Below, piece by piece: positions 30,167-40,234 of a stretch of 64,000 nucleotides of DNA; the stretch's first letter is position 1, and the number at the start of each line of letters is the position of its first letter. This stretch comes from a virus, in IMG/VR virus record IMGVR_UViG_3300037297_000135, positions 1 to 64,000 of that record. One strand, 5' to 3'. The notes below the pieces were generated by a model that saw only the letters and a list, made by a program, of their open reading frames with translations, searched no databases and was not told where the DNA came from. A program made the translations under genes and the position numbers.

Positions 30167-31018
30167 ATGTTCAAAAAACAAAACAAAGTAAAAAATAAAA
30201 TCTTTAGTATCTTAGTAGTTGCATTAGTATTTTCACTTGCTTTTGGTGGTATTGTTACAGCAGCAGGTGGAGTGGAAGCATTTTTTCCAACATATGACAC
30301 ATATATAAATGGTCAAAAAATTGATAATTCTGATATTCTTGTAAGAAATGGTCAAACTCATTTAAATATTTCAAAACTTGAATCATATGGAGTATTAAAA
30401 AATTGGAACGAACAAACTAGAACTGCTAATTTCTTTATTCCAAATCCATTACCTAATAATGGTAATTCAAATAGCATATCAGATTTAGCAAAATCTGGAG
30501 TTAGATTTTATAAAGGAAATGGAACATTTCTTGGTAATGGTATATTTTTAAATAAAGATTTAGTAATAGTTCCAAAACAAGTATATAAACCAACATTAAT
30601 TTTAAAAAGTTTAGATTATAAAAATACAGAAATAAATTTTGAGCCACAAGTTATTGCTCAAAATTCAAGATTAGTATTATTAAAAACAAAAGGTTACCAG
30701 TCAGATTATTTCGCAAAATTAGCAACAACAAAACCAGAAGCAGGAGAAGATATAATTTTAGTTGGTTCTATTCAACAACAACCAAATTTTTATAATTTTT
30801 CAACTGTAAAAGATGAATTTGATTTTAATTGGTTGACAACAGGAGATAAAGCTTATTTAAGGAGTTACAACAATTGTGATTCATCAGCAATTGGTGCAGG
30901 TATGTATACAAAAGATGGTTTGCTTGGTGGTATATTCGTAGTTAAAGGTGCTAATTATGCGATATCTATTACATTAAATGATATTAATTCATTTGTGCCA
31001 AATTCAATGTTGCCATAA
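30167..31018 (+). CDS. Exported protein with stalk-like domain and degenerate trypsin-like domain
   Basis: Signal peptide, TYDTYINGQK...NGQTHL, then GNGIFLNKDLVIVPKQV and SSAIGAGMYTKDGLLGGI. Confidence 0.55.
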   Translation: MFKKQNKVKNKIFSILVVALVFSLAFGGIVTAAGGVEAFFPTYDTYINGQKIDNSDILVRNGQTHLNISKLESYGVLKNWNEQTRTANFFIPNPLPNNGNSNSISDLAKSGVRFYKGNGTFLGNGIFLNKDLVIVPKQVYKPTLILKSLDYKNTEINFEPQVIAQNSRLVLLKTKGYQSDYFAKLATTKPEAGEDIILVGSIQQQPNFYNFSTVKDEFDFNWLTTGDKAYLRSYNNCDSSAIGAGMYTKDGLLGGIFVVKGANYAISITLNDINSFVPNSMLP

Positions 31019-31351
31019 ATATAAAACTAAAAATTAATTAAATGTAAATATCCTAGGAAATGTTTGCATTTGAAAAATAAAAAAATTATATAAAAAAAAG
31101 AAAATCATAAAAAAAAATAAATTGATTATAACTAAAACAAAGGATTGTATAATGCAATCCTTTGTTTTATTAAAAAAACTTATAAAAAGTTATTTACAAA
31201 AAGAATATATTGATATATAATGTAATATGTGATATAGTTGAAGAATAATGACATAGCAACTTTTAAAGAAAATTAAGTGTTTACCAAAAAAAAGTATCTG
31301 AATATTTCAGGTGCTTTTTTTATGTAATTTTTTATGAGGGGAGTAGTGATT

Positions 31352-32185
31352 ATGTATAATATTTTTATTAGTCCAGGGCATTATGAATATACATGGGAGA
31401 AAGAACATGCAAAAGGTATTGTAGCGGATGATGGATTGTTTCAAGAATTTAATGATTTCAATATTAAGGTTCCTATATATTTAAATCCATTGTTAAAACA
31501 ACATCCAGATATTTTTAAAATACACCAACTTGAATATGATAACAACAAACTTGATAAAACACTTAGACAAAGAATTGATTTTATAAATGCAAATTGTTGT
31601 ATGAACGATATTATTGTTTCAATTCATGCTAATTACAATGATAATTTTAATGTTAAAGGACTTTGGTTGCTATACAGTGGTTCTAAGAGCAAGAAATTAG
31701 TTGATTTATATATAAAGCATTCTAAAGAAAATCTGATACCTTATACAAGGACATATAAATGTACAATTAAAGAAAAATGGTTGAATTTAGGGATTGTGTT
31801 AAAAACAAATTGTCCTGTGATTTTGATTGAAGCAGGATTTTTCAGTAATAAACAAGATAGAGCAATTTTGAAATCATCTAAATATCAAAAAGAGGTTGCA
31901 ATTAGTATTTATAAAATGATTTGTGAATATTATGGAATTGAACCAATTTTAGCAAGAAAAGATTTAAAACATATTGAAGCATGGAAAATGATTGAAGTTG
32001 AAAAAGCTGTAAAATATGGATTTATAGATAGTGATATTTGGGCAAGAGATATTGATGGTATGTTTCCACGTTGGGCAGTTTTAGAGATGTTGAATGATGA
32101 ACATGAATTGTTTTGTTTTAAATTAGATGAATTAAGGAAAGAATATGATTCAAAGTTTGATGAATTGAACAAAAAAATAAGTTAA
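31352..32185 (+). CDS. N-acetylmuramoyl-L-alanine amidase (Amidase_3), probable endolysin
   Basis: ISPGH, EFN, SIHAN, PVILIEAGFFSN zinc-binding/catalytic motifs. Confidence 0.88.
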   Translation: MYNIFISPGHYEYTWEKEHAKGIVADDGLFQEFNDFNIKVPIYLNPLLKQHPDIFKIHQLEYDNNKLDKTLRQRIDFINANCCMNDIIVSIHANYNDNFNVKGLWLLYSGSKSKKLVDLYIKHSKENLIPYTRTYKCTIKEKWLNLGIVLKTNCPVILIEAGFFSNKQDRAILKSSKYQKEVAISIYKMICEYYGIEPILARKDLKHIEAWKMIEVEKAVKYGFIDSDIWARDIDGMFPRWAVLEMLNDEHELFCFKLDELRKEYDSKFDELNKKIS

Positions 32186-32213
32186 ATTTATATTATATAA
32201 TGTATTAAAATAT

Positions 32214-32618
32214 ATGATATGGTATACTAGTTTAAAAGAAATTGGAGAAAGCAATATGAGACAAAACATATTACAAATAATAGATTTATATACAAACAAT
32301 TTAGAAATAGCAATTAAAAGTATTTTGCAAAAAAAAGAAGTTGAATTTGAACTTTGTAAAGTGAATTTTAAAATAATTACAAATTGTTGTTATAATATTT
32401 TTTATAAATATGAAAATTTGGTGCAAGAAATAAAAAATATTATTGATTGTGAATGTAATTTTTTTAATACGCAAGAAATATTAAAAGCTTTTTTTGGAGC
32501 AAATTATTGTATATATAATCATAAATTTATACAATTTAAATCATATATAGTAATGATAAAATTATTGATTTATGATTTATATAATGGTTTAAATAAAACG
32601 TTATTGACAATTGAATAA
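32214..32618 (+). CDS. Hypothetical protein
   Basis: ORF only. Confidence 0.45.
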   Translation: MIWYTSLKEIGESNMRQNILQIIDLYTNNLEIAIKSILQKKEVEFELCKVNFKIITNCCYNIFYKYENLVQEIKNIIDCECNFFNTQEILKAFFGANYCIYNHKFIQFKSYIVMIKLLIYDLYNGLNKTLLTIE

Positions 32619-32658
32619 AAAAAATATAAAATTAATAAAAATGTTTTATGGAGATAAT

Positions 32659-33207
32659 ATGGGAATTAAAGAAGAAAAAACTATTTCAAAAAAAATTGTA
32701 TATAGTGCTAGTAATGGATATATAAGTGTTGAAAAACATAATGTTTTAATTGGGGAAATAAATACTGTTAGAGAGGTTGTTAAACATCCACTATCAGCTT
32801 CAATGTTGATGCAAGATGGTGAATATGTTTATTTAATAAAACAATTTAGGAAATCAGTTGATAAAATGTTTATTGAAGTTCCAGCAGGTTTGTGTGAATT
32901 AAATGAACATCCAAAAGATACAGCAATAAGAGAATGTATGGAAGAGATAAATTATACAGTTACAAATGTTGAATTTGTTACAAAAATACATGGTTCAATT
33001 GGGTTTTCAAATGCATTAAATTATATATATACAGGTCAAAAAGGTATAAAATGCAATGTTGAAAAAGATTTTGATGAAAATATAGAAGTGTTTAAGATTG
33101 AGTTAAAAAAAGCATTAAAACTTGTTATTTCAAATGAAATAACTGATGCTAGAACTCAAAATGCTTTAATGTATTTGGCTTTAAAAAAAGGAATTAAAAT
33201 GTTTTAA
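32659..33207 (+). CDS. NUDIX hydrolase, ADP-ribose pyrophosphatase (NudF)-like
   Basis: REVVKHP, KQFRKSV...EVPAGL, Nudix box G..E.NEHP..TAIRECMEEINY, DFDENIE, ITDART. Confidence 0.85.
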   Translation: MGIKEEKTISKKIVYSASNGYISVEKHNVLIGEINTVREVVKHPLSASMLMQDGEYVYLIKQFRKSVDKMFIEVPAGLCELNEHPKDTAIRECMEEINYTVTNVEFVTKIHGSIGFSNALNYIYTGQKGIKCNVEKDFDENIEVFKIELKKALKLVISNEITDARTQNALMYLALKKGIKMF

Positions 33208-33208
33208 A

Positions 33209-33292
33209 GGACATATGCTCGAGTGGTTAAAGAGGACAGACTGTAAATCTGTTATCCAAGTGGTTTCGGTGGTTCAAATCCACCTATGTCCA
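33209..33292 (+). tRNA. tRNA-Tyr(GTA)
   Basis: Acceptor GGACATA/TATGTCC; ACAGA-CTGTAAA-TCTGT; long variable arm; GGTGG-TTCAAAT-CCACC. Confidence 0.92.
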
Positions 33293-33450
33293 TAGTTTCT
33301 CGTATATGTGAATTTTTGGTATATACATTTTTTAATACATAAGTTTAAAAGCTTATGTATTTTTTTTATGAAAAATATTTTACATTTATATTAAGTTGTA
33401 TTATAATAATATTATGTAAACTTAATTTTATTTTTTAGGGGAGTAAAGAA

Positions 33451-34470
33451 TTGAATAAAAAAAATATAAACATAGTATATGCAAGGACTATTGATTATGA
33501 TTTTGACCTTCAACAAAGGCCACATCATATAATGAATATACTTGCTGAACGAGGATATGATGTGTCTTGGTTTGATTCTGATTTTTCAGTTAGAAAAAGA
33601 CAAAATAAAATGAGAACTAAAATAAATGATAATTTATATGTGTATTATGATTGGGAAGTTTTTAAAAAAAGATTTGCTAATCCTGATATTTATTTTAGTA
33701 CTTGGTCTAAAAGATATGAAGATTTGGTTGATATCAAACCTAAACTTGGTGTGATTTATGATTCATTAGATAACTTTGAAGAAAACAGTAAAGATGAATC
33801 AATGATGATAAGTAAGTCTGATATTGTTTTAACTACTTCTCAATCTATTTATAGATTAAGGAAAAAGGAACATAATAATGTTGTAATGTGTCCTAATGGT
33901 TGTTTTGAAAATATTAAAATCAAACAATATCCAATTCCGATTGATTTAAAAAAGAATGTTGATATGAATAAACCAATCATATTATTTAGTGGAGCATTAG
34001 CAAGATGGTGTGATATAGAGTTGTTAGAAACAATAGCTGATTTATATCAATTAGTATTTGTTGGAAAACCTTTTGGTGTTCCAAATGTTCCAGATAATTT
34101 TATATATTTGGGATGCAAAACATATGATGAATTACAAATGTATTATCATCATTGTGATATAACATTATTGCCTTTTAATAGGAAACAAGAAGCTTTATAC
34201 AGTGACCCAATAAAAATATATGAATCATTATCACATGGTAAAATTTGTATTTCAACAAAGATTGAAGAAGCTGAAAAATTTGATAGAAAAGTAGTATATG
34301 TATCAAAAAGCAGAGAACATTTTTTACAAAATATAAAAAAAGCTTTAAAGCACAAAGATACGCAAGAGACAAAAGATATATGTATTAAAGAAGCTAAAAA
34401 GCATTCATGGGGAAAAAGAGTTGATATTATAGAAAATTGTATAATGAAATTGGTAAATAAGGAGATTTAA
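33451..34470 (+). CDS. GT-B glycosyltransferase (GT4/TuaH-like)
   Basis: QQRPHHI, IYDSLD, FSGALARWCD, PIKIYESL. Confidence 0.85.
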   Translation: MNKKNINIVYARTIDYDFDLQQRPHHIMNILAERGYDVSWFDSDFSVRKRQNKMRTKINDNLYVYYDWEVFKKRFANPDIYFSTWSKRYEDLVDIKPKLGVIYDSLDNFEENSKDESMMISKSDIVLTTSQSIYRLRKKEHNNVVMCPNGCFENIKIKQYPIPIDLKKNVDMNKPIILFSGALARWCDIELLETIADLYQLVFVGKPFGVPNVPDNFIYLGCKTYDELQMYYHHCDITLLPFNRKQEALYSDPIKIYESLSHGKICISTKIEEAEKFDRKVVYVSKSREHFLQNIKKALKHKDTQETKDICIKEAKKHSWGKRVDIIENCIMKLVNKEI

Positions 34471-34471
34471 T

Positions 34472-35503
34472 ATGATTTTAAATAATAGGGATATAAACGT
34501 TTTGTTTTTGAATCCTGCACCCAGTTTAATTAAATATGGAATGTATTGGGGAGCAAAAAAATGTGGTTGTAATGCTGTGCTTTTGACTGATGAAAAAACA
34601 AGGGTTTTTACTGAAAGTCAGCAAGAACAATATAAAAGAATAGAAGCAGCAATTAAAAAATATGATATAAATGTTATATTTTGTGAAGGTTATGGTGGTA
34701 TGAATGCACCAGGAATAATAACACTTTGTAAAAAATATAATGTTCAATATCATCATTGGGCGATTGAAGACCCTGTAACACCTCATATTGGGGAAAATTT
34801 TGCTCGTGTTTCTAATTTTATTTGGACAACAACACAAGAATTTATATCAAAATATGAAAATATGGGATGCAAATCAGATTTATTGTTATTTGGTTGCAAT
34901 CCTGAATTTGATATAAACCCACCAGAAGAAAGATTTAAATCAGGAATATCTATTGTTGGAAGTAATTATGATAATAGATGGAAACAAGCAAAAGAATTCA
35001 TTTTGCCTTTGCTAGAGGATGAATTCGACCCTACAATTTATGGTTGGTGGTGGATGTCTGAAACACAACCATTTAAACTTCAGGATTATGGAAAAGAAAA
35101 ATATTATTGGATGATAAAAGAAGGAACACAAGACCAAGTCTTACCTTATGAATGGCTTCCGATAGTTGTAAATTCATCCAAGATTATGATTGGTTTAAAT
35201 TGTTCTGATGAATCAATAACACAAACATCATGTAGACCTTATGAAACATTATGTTTTGCTTATAATTCTGTATATCTTGCATGGTATACAAAAGCACAGG
35301 ATAGAATATTTGGAGATTATATTTATCAAGCTAAAACAGGTAAAGAAATGGTTGAAAAAGCAAGGATGATTTTAAAAATGACTGATGAAGAAAGACAAGC
35401 AAAAGCAACTAAAGCTAGAGAATGGGTTAGGAATTTTCATAGTTATGAATTAAGATTCCAACAAGTTGCTGAAAAGGTTAAGGAGTTAGATGCAAATGGC
35501 TAA
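34472..35503 (+). CDS. CgeB/YkvP-like glycosyltransferase
   Basis: WAIEDP, WTT, LLFGCNP, VNSSKIMIG, RPYE. Confidence 0.8.
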   Translation: MILNNRDINVLFLNPAPSLIKYGMYWGAKKCGCNAVLLTDEKTRVFTESQQEQYKRIEAAIKKYDINVIFCEGYGGMNAPGIITLCKKYNVQYHHWAIEDPVTPHIGENFARVSNFIWTTTQEFISKYENMGCKSDLLLFGCNPEFDINPPEERFKSGISIVGSNYDNRWKQAKEFILPLLEDEFDPTIYGWWWMSETQPFKLQDYGKEKYYWMIKEGTQDQVLPYEWLPIVVNSSKIMIGLNCSDESITQTSCRPYETLCFAYNSVYLAWYTKAQDRIFGDYIYQAKTGKEMVEKARMILKMTDEERQAKATKAREWVRNFHSYELRFQQVAEKVKELDANG

Positions 35504-35714
35504 TATGCAAAATGGGTATATAGAAAATATTTTTGTATATCATCCACCAAAAGAAGGACAACCAGAAAAATATGAAAGAATTAGAGCTAGTGTAAAAAAT
35601 ATAGCATATATATTTAATGCTGAATGTCCTGAATGTGAAGAATTTTATGAAGCAATAAAAAAACTAAGAGAAGCTGTTTCTTGGGCGAATGCTGCAATAG
35701 CAATAAATGAATAA
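35490..35714 (+). CDS. Acb2/Tad1-hairpin family cyclic-nucleotide sponge-like protein
   Basis: FVYHPPKEGQPEKYERIR...CPEC...AIKKLREAVSWANAAIA matches the short Acb2-like helical hairpin pattern as recalled. Confidence 0.65.
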   Translation: MQMANMQNGYIENIFVYHPPKEGQPEKYERIRASVKNIAYIFNAECPECEEFYEAIKKLREAVSWANAAIAINE

Positions 35715-35749
35715 TATCAAATTAAATTAAATTAACGGAGGGAATTAAG

Positions 35750-36676
35750 ATGACAAAAGCAACATTAAAAGATACAAAATCAGTAATTTTTCAAGCATAT
35801 AAAGATGTGTTAAATGAATTAGAAAAAAATAGGGTTGTTGATTCTAAACAAGTAAAAAATGATATTATATTGAATAATGCTGACAATATAAAAAGTCCAA
35901 TAAATAAATTAGAAGAATTCGTAAGTGGATTTGATTCTATTTTAGAACAATACAATAATATAAAAGAAGCAATAAAAATAAAGAAAGAAGAGTTAAAAAG
36001 TATTTATGATATAGAAATAAAAACAGGAACTTTAGAAGCACTTATAATTACAATTGAGAAGTTAGAACAAGAGAAAAAAGATAAAGAAAATGAAATCGAA
36101 AAAATGTTTAAAAAAGGACAAGATGATTTAAAAAAGCAATTAGAATATGAAGAAGAAGAAGAAAAACGTAAAATAAGAAAAATGAAACAATTGGAACTTG
36201 ATGAATTAGAAGAAAAAATGAGAGAAAAGCAAAAACAAGTTGATTTAGAAAATGAAAAAAAAGAAGATTTGATAAGATTGAAGTATAAAGAATTGAATGA
36301 AATAATTGAAGATTTAGAAAAAAGAGAAAAAGATGTAATATCAAAAAATGATTTGATTGAAAATTTGCAAAAAGAAATTGAAACTATAAAAAAAGATACA
36401 ATTGAAGATGTTACAAATGAATTGCAAAAAAAGCAAAATGTACAAATAAAAGTAATTGAATCTAAATATGACAATAAAACGAATTTGCTTGAAGAAAAGA
36501 TAAATGACAAAAATGAAAGAATTGAAGAATTAAAAGATGAAAATGAAACTTTGAAAATTGAATTGAAAGAAGCATACAATGAACTTAAAGAATTGGCTGA
36601 AAAAGCTGTTGACAATTCAAAGTCAAATGAATTAGCAGGTGAATTGGGAAAAGCTTTAAGAGCTAAAAATAACTAA
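35750..36676 (+). CDS. Long coiled-coil protein
   Basis: E/K-rich heptad pattern; strong RBS GGAGGG. Confidence 0.7.
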   Translation: MTKATLKDTKSVIFQAYKDVLNELEKNRVVDSKQVKNDIILNNADNIKSPINKLEEFVSGFDSILEQYNNIKEAIKIKKEELKSIYDIEIKTGTLEALIITIEKLEQEKKDKENEIEKMFKKGQDDLKKQLEYEEEEEKRKIRKMKQLELDELEEKMREKQKQVDLENEKKEDLIRLKYKELNEIIEDLEKREKDVISKNDLIENLQKEIETIKKDTIEDVTNELQKKQNVQIKVIESKYDNKTNLLEEKINDKNERIEELKDENETLKIELKEAYNELKELAEKAVDNSKSNELAGELGKALRAKNN

Positions 36677-36698
36677 TATTAAATTAAATAGGGGAGAA

Positions 36699-36956
36699 TT
36701 GATTATGATTACTGCTGCTGAAGCAAGAGAAAATGTTGATACTTTTAATGAAATGTCTAAAAAATATGATTTAAATGAAAAAGTAGTAATGGATGAAATA
36801 GAAAAAAAATCAAAAAATGGAGAAACACATTTAGATGTAATTTTAAATAATATTGAATTAAGACATGATTTTTTAAAATATTTATGTGCATTAGGATTTG
36901 AATATGATTTAGTTAAATTAGGAGCAATAGAAACTTTAGTGATTAAGTGGGGTTAA
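36699..36956 (+). CDS. Hypothetical protein
   Basis: MITAAEAR...ISW-like small phage protein pattern. Confidence 0.6.
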   Translation: MIMITAAEARENVDTFNEMSKKYDLNEKVVMDEIEKKSKNGETHLDVILNNIELRHDFLKYLCALGFEYDLVKLGAIETLVIKWG

Positions 36957-36959
36957 AAA

Positions 36960-37559
36960 ATGAATGAAAATATAAATACGGTTGAATATTGGGATAAAAG
37001 ATTTGAAACTCAAAATGGTAAAACAAATTGGGAACTTTGTAACGGATGCAATCAATCAAAAAATTTCATGAAAACAATGATTAATAATTTGCCTGGACAA
37101 TGGATTTCAAAATTAAAGACATCTCACATTTTAGATGTGGGATGTGCTTTAGGAGATGGAACAAATTATTTATATAATAGATTTACAAAGGCTAAAATAG
37201 CAGGATATGATTTTTCGAAAAATGCTGTAAAATTAGCAAAGGAAAAATATCCAGATATAATTTTTTTAAATGAATTGATTAATGGAGAAAAATATGATTT
37301 TGTTTTAATAAACAATGTTTTACAATGTGTTGATGATTACGAAGAATTCATTAAAAGTTTTTTAGATGTTTCAAAAAAGTATATTGTGATAATGGTTCCT
37401 TTAGGAATCGAAGGAACAACAATTGAGCATTTTAATAAATTTGAATTAGAGTCATTTCCACAAGAAATTGGGAAGTTTTATAAAAGAAAACCAAAAATAG
37501 TAACTACTGATAATTGGTATTATAAACAAATCCTGATTAGATATGAAAGGATGGAATAA
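36960..37559 (+). CDS. Class I SAM-dependent methyltransferase
   Basis: NTVEYWDKRF, ILDVGCALGDG, GYDFS, YDFV. Confidence 0.85.
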   Translation: MNENINTVEYWDKRFETQNGKTNWELCNGCNQSKNFMKTMINNLPGQWISKLKTSHILDVGCALGDGTNYLYNRFTKAKIAGYDFSKNAVKLAKEKYPDIIFLNELINGEKYDFVLINNVLQCVDDYEEFIKSFLDVSKKYIVIMVPLGIEGTTIEHFNKFELESFPQEIGKFYKRKPKIVTTDNWYYKQILIRYERME

Positions 37560-37562
37560 AAA

Positions 37563-37835
37563 TTGGATATAAAATATAAATTAAAACAAATAGAAATGAG
37601 TCTTGAACATCAAAATGAAAATGTAAAAAATTTGGTTGAAAGTATATGTGATGGGATAAGAAAAAAGCTTGAAAAAAATGATTTTTCGTATAACTTTTGT
37701 GTGAATAAAGATAATGAAGTATTTAAAGATATACAAAAGGTTATAGGTATATTTAGAAATTTTGATATAACAATAAACGAATTTAAAGATACAGATAAAC
37801 AAACTATATTTTGTGTATATTTTAATAAGGAGTAA
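37563..37835 (+). CDS. Hypothetical protein
   Basis: ORF in the operon. Confidence 0.5.
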   Translation: MDIKYKLKQIEMSLEHQNENVKNLVESICDGIRKKLEKNDFSYNFCVNKDNEVFKDIQKVIGIFRNFDITINEFKDTDKQTIFCVYFNKE

Positions 37836-37837
37836 AT

Positions 37838-38851
37838 ATGAATATCTTGATAACATGTGATAGGCTTGATACTTTAGGTGGTCTTGAAGAGCATGTAATA
37901 AACAAAGTACAATATCTTTTAAATAATGGACATAGAGTTCATTTGGATTGCAACGCAATTAGTGAATATTATAAAAATAAAATATCACATAAAAATCTTT
38001 TAATATCATCACCGTGGAGTAATAATTGGGGTGATGTAATAAAAGATATAAATGGTTTTATGCCTGATATTATACATGCACATCCATTTAGTGCTATTGA
38101 CAGAGGTAATATTGTAAGAAGTTATTATTCAAAGGCAAAATTTTTTATAACAATACATGGTGAATATTGTTATACTGTTCCACATTATATATGTGATAGA
38201 ACAGATAAAATAATATTGGTTAATGATAAAATAAAGAATTACAATGACTATAAAACAGTTGTAATACCAAATGGTATTGATACAAAAAGATTTTCAAAAT
38301 CAAAAACCAAAAAAGAATATGATGGGTTAAAGACAAGAATAGCTGTAATATCAAGATTGCAAGATAACAAAGAAATACCTGTTTTTGAATTTTTAAATGT
38401 AAGTAATAGAATAAAATCATATATGCATATAGATATTGTAGGTGATGGCAAATATTTAGATGAAGTAAAAGAAAAAGTAAAAGAAAAAGATGAAAAATAT
38501 GTTCAATACAATATTACAGGTGCGGTTTCAAATGTTGAAATATATATGCAAGAAGCTGATTTGGTTTTGGGTTGTGATAGAGTTGCACTTGAAGCACTTT
38601 GTTGTGGAACTGATGTTTTTTACATGGGTCAAGGACATTGGAAAAATATTGTTACAATTTCAAATTATAAAGATTATATTTTTTCAAACAAAGGCATACA
38701 AAAATATACTGAAAATGAATTAGTTGATAATTTAAGCAGTTTGGTATGGAGTAAAAATTTAGGGAAACAACTTGGATTGTATGATGAAATTCGTAAAAAA
38801 TATAGTTTAGATGCACAAATGAAACAAATACTTGATTTGTATAAAGGGTGA
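37838..38851 (+). CDS. GT4-family glycosyltransferase
   Basis: GGLEEHV, IIHAH, TIHG, IPNGIDTKRF, IVGDG, ALEALCCG. Confidence 0.9.
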   Translation: MNILITCDRLDTLGGLEEHVINKVQYLLNNGHRVHLDCNAISEYYKNKISHKNLLISSPWSNNWGDVIKDINGFMPDIIHAHPFSAIDRGNIVRSYYSKAKFFITIHGEYCYTVPHYICDRTDKIILVNDKIKNYNDYKTVVIPNGIDTKRFSKSKTKKEYDGLKTRIAVISRLQDNKEIPVFEFLNVSNRIKSYMHIDIVGDGKYLDEVKEKVKEKDEKYVQYNITGAVSNVEIYMQEADLVLGCDRVALEALCCGTDVFYMGQGHWKNIVTISNYKDYIFSNKGIQKYTENELVDNLSSLVWSKNLGKQLGLYDEIRKKYSLDAQMKQILDLYKG

Positions 38852-39163
38852 ATCAAATGGAATATATTTTTTATTTAATTGATGGATTTATAATAGGTAG
38901 CATTTTAAGAATTATTTTAAGAATAATTGCATCAAAATATGAGGGAAATTAAATGATAATTTCAAAAATTTTAGCTTTATTGATTGGTATGATTATTGTA
39001 TGTATAATTTTAAATTTTATATTTATATTGTTTTTAGGAATTTGTAAATATATAGATTTAATGAGTTGTTTATTTGAATTTATGTTTAAAAAAAATATAA
39101 TTGGATTTAAATATAAAAATAAAGACAAATAATTTTAATTATTTTAAAGGGGAGTAAAAAAAT

Positions 39164-39916
39164 ATGATACAAATTCTTTGGGCGACTGCAAGGCCTAAAA
39201 TGTTCATTCAAAGACATAAAAATTGGATGAAAAATGCAAGCAAAAAGCATTTTATTCATACATTAGTTGCTGTAAACACAATTGATGAAAAAGACGAAAT
39301 ATTATTGAATTATGATGAAATATCACAAAGGTTACAAGATTATCAAGTAAAAGTAAAAGTAACAGGTGATGAAAATTTAGGTGTTGTTTATCCAATTTAT
39401 GAGCTTTCAAAAGATTTGAAATTGAATGATAAAGATATTGTGATTGTGGTTTGTGATGATGTTGAATGTCCTGAAAATTGGGATGAATATTTAGTTGATG
39501 AATTTAAACTATGGAATGGGGCTTTAATGATTCGTGATGGATATCAACATTATGAATATGATATATCTAAAATGATTTCAAAAAAAATCATACCACCTGC
39601 TGTTTCAATGCCTGTAATGACATTTAAATGTTTAAAGAAATTGAATATGATTATATTTCATCCAGATTATAAACATTATTTTGCGGATAATGAATTGTTT
39701 TTGAATTTGTATGAACTTGGATTGTTGAAAGATGATAGAAATTCAGATAGTGTGATTTTCGAACATATTCATTATTGTACTGGAAAAAGAGCAAGTGATA
39801 AATTGGATGATAAAATCATAGGTTTGGGAAATCAAGATAGAGGAATGTATTTTAAAAGAATAAATTTAGCTGTTCAAGATAGAATAAAATTAAATAGTTT
39901 TGGAGAAAACAAATGA
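39164..39916 (+). CDS. GT-A (GT2-like) glycosyltransferase
   Basis: ATARP, VVCDDV, DG, YFADNEL, FEHIHY pattern. Confidence 0.6.
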   Translation: MIQILWATARPKMFIQRHKNWMKNASKKHFIHTLVAVNTIDEKDEILLNYDEISQRLQDYQVKVKVTGDENLGVVYPIYELSKDLKLNDKDIVIVVCDDVECPENWDEYLVDEFKLWNGALMIRDGYQHYEYDISKMISKKIIPPAVSMPVMTFKCLKKLNMIIFHPDYKHYFADNELFLNLYELGLLKDDRNSDSVIFEHIHYCTGKRASDKLDDKIIGLGNQDRGMYFKRINLAVQDRIKLNSFGENK

Positions 39917-40230
39917 GATATGTTAAGTTAGGAATACTTTCATATTCAAATGAAAAAGAATACATTGGAAACATTTTGAAAATTGATAATGAAAATTTTA
40001 AATTAATTTGTAATAAAATGAATAAAAATTTGATTAAAGATTTTAAAAAATGTAAAAATGAATTTATATATGCTTTAGAAAAAAAATATGATAAAATAAA
40101 TGATAAACATGATATAAAAGTAATTATATGCTATAATTATTTTAATAAATGGGAATTTGAATTAATCACAAATATTAGAAATTGTAAAAGTGATTTATTT
40201 AAAGTTGATAAAGATTATATTTTAGCTTAG
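39913..40230 (+). CDS. Hypothetical protein
   Basis: ATGA overlap with the upstream gene. Confidence 0.5.
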   Translation: MRYVKLGILSYSNEKEYIGNILKIDNENFKLICNKMNKNLIKDFKKCKNEFIYALEKKYDKINDKHDIKVIICYNYFNKWEFELITNIRNCKSDLFKVDKDYILA

Positions 40231-40234
40231 GAGA

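Noticed and set aside
36004-36615. 203-aa Ser/Phe-rich minus-strand ORF
   Set aside because: Antisense shadow of the GAA/AAA-rich coiled-coil gene.
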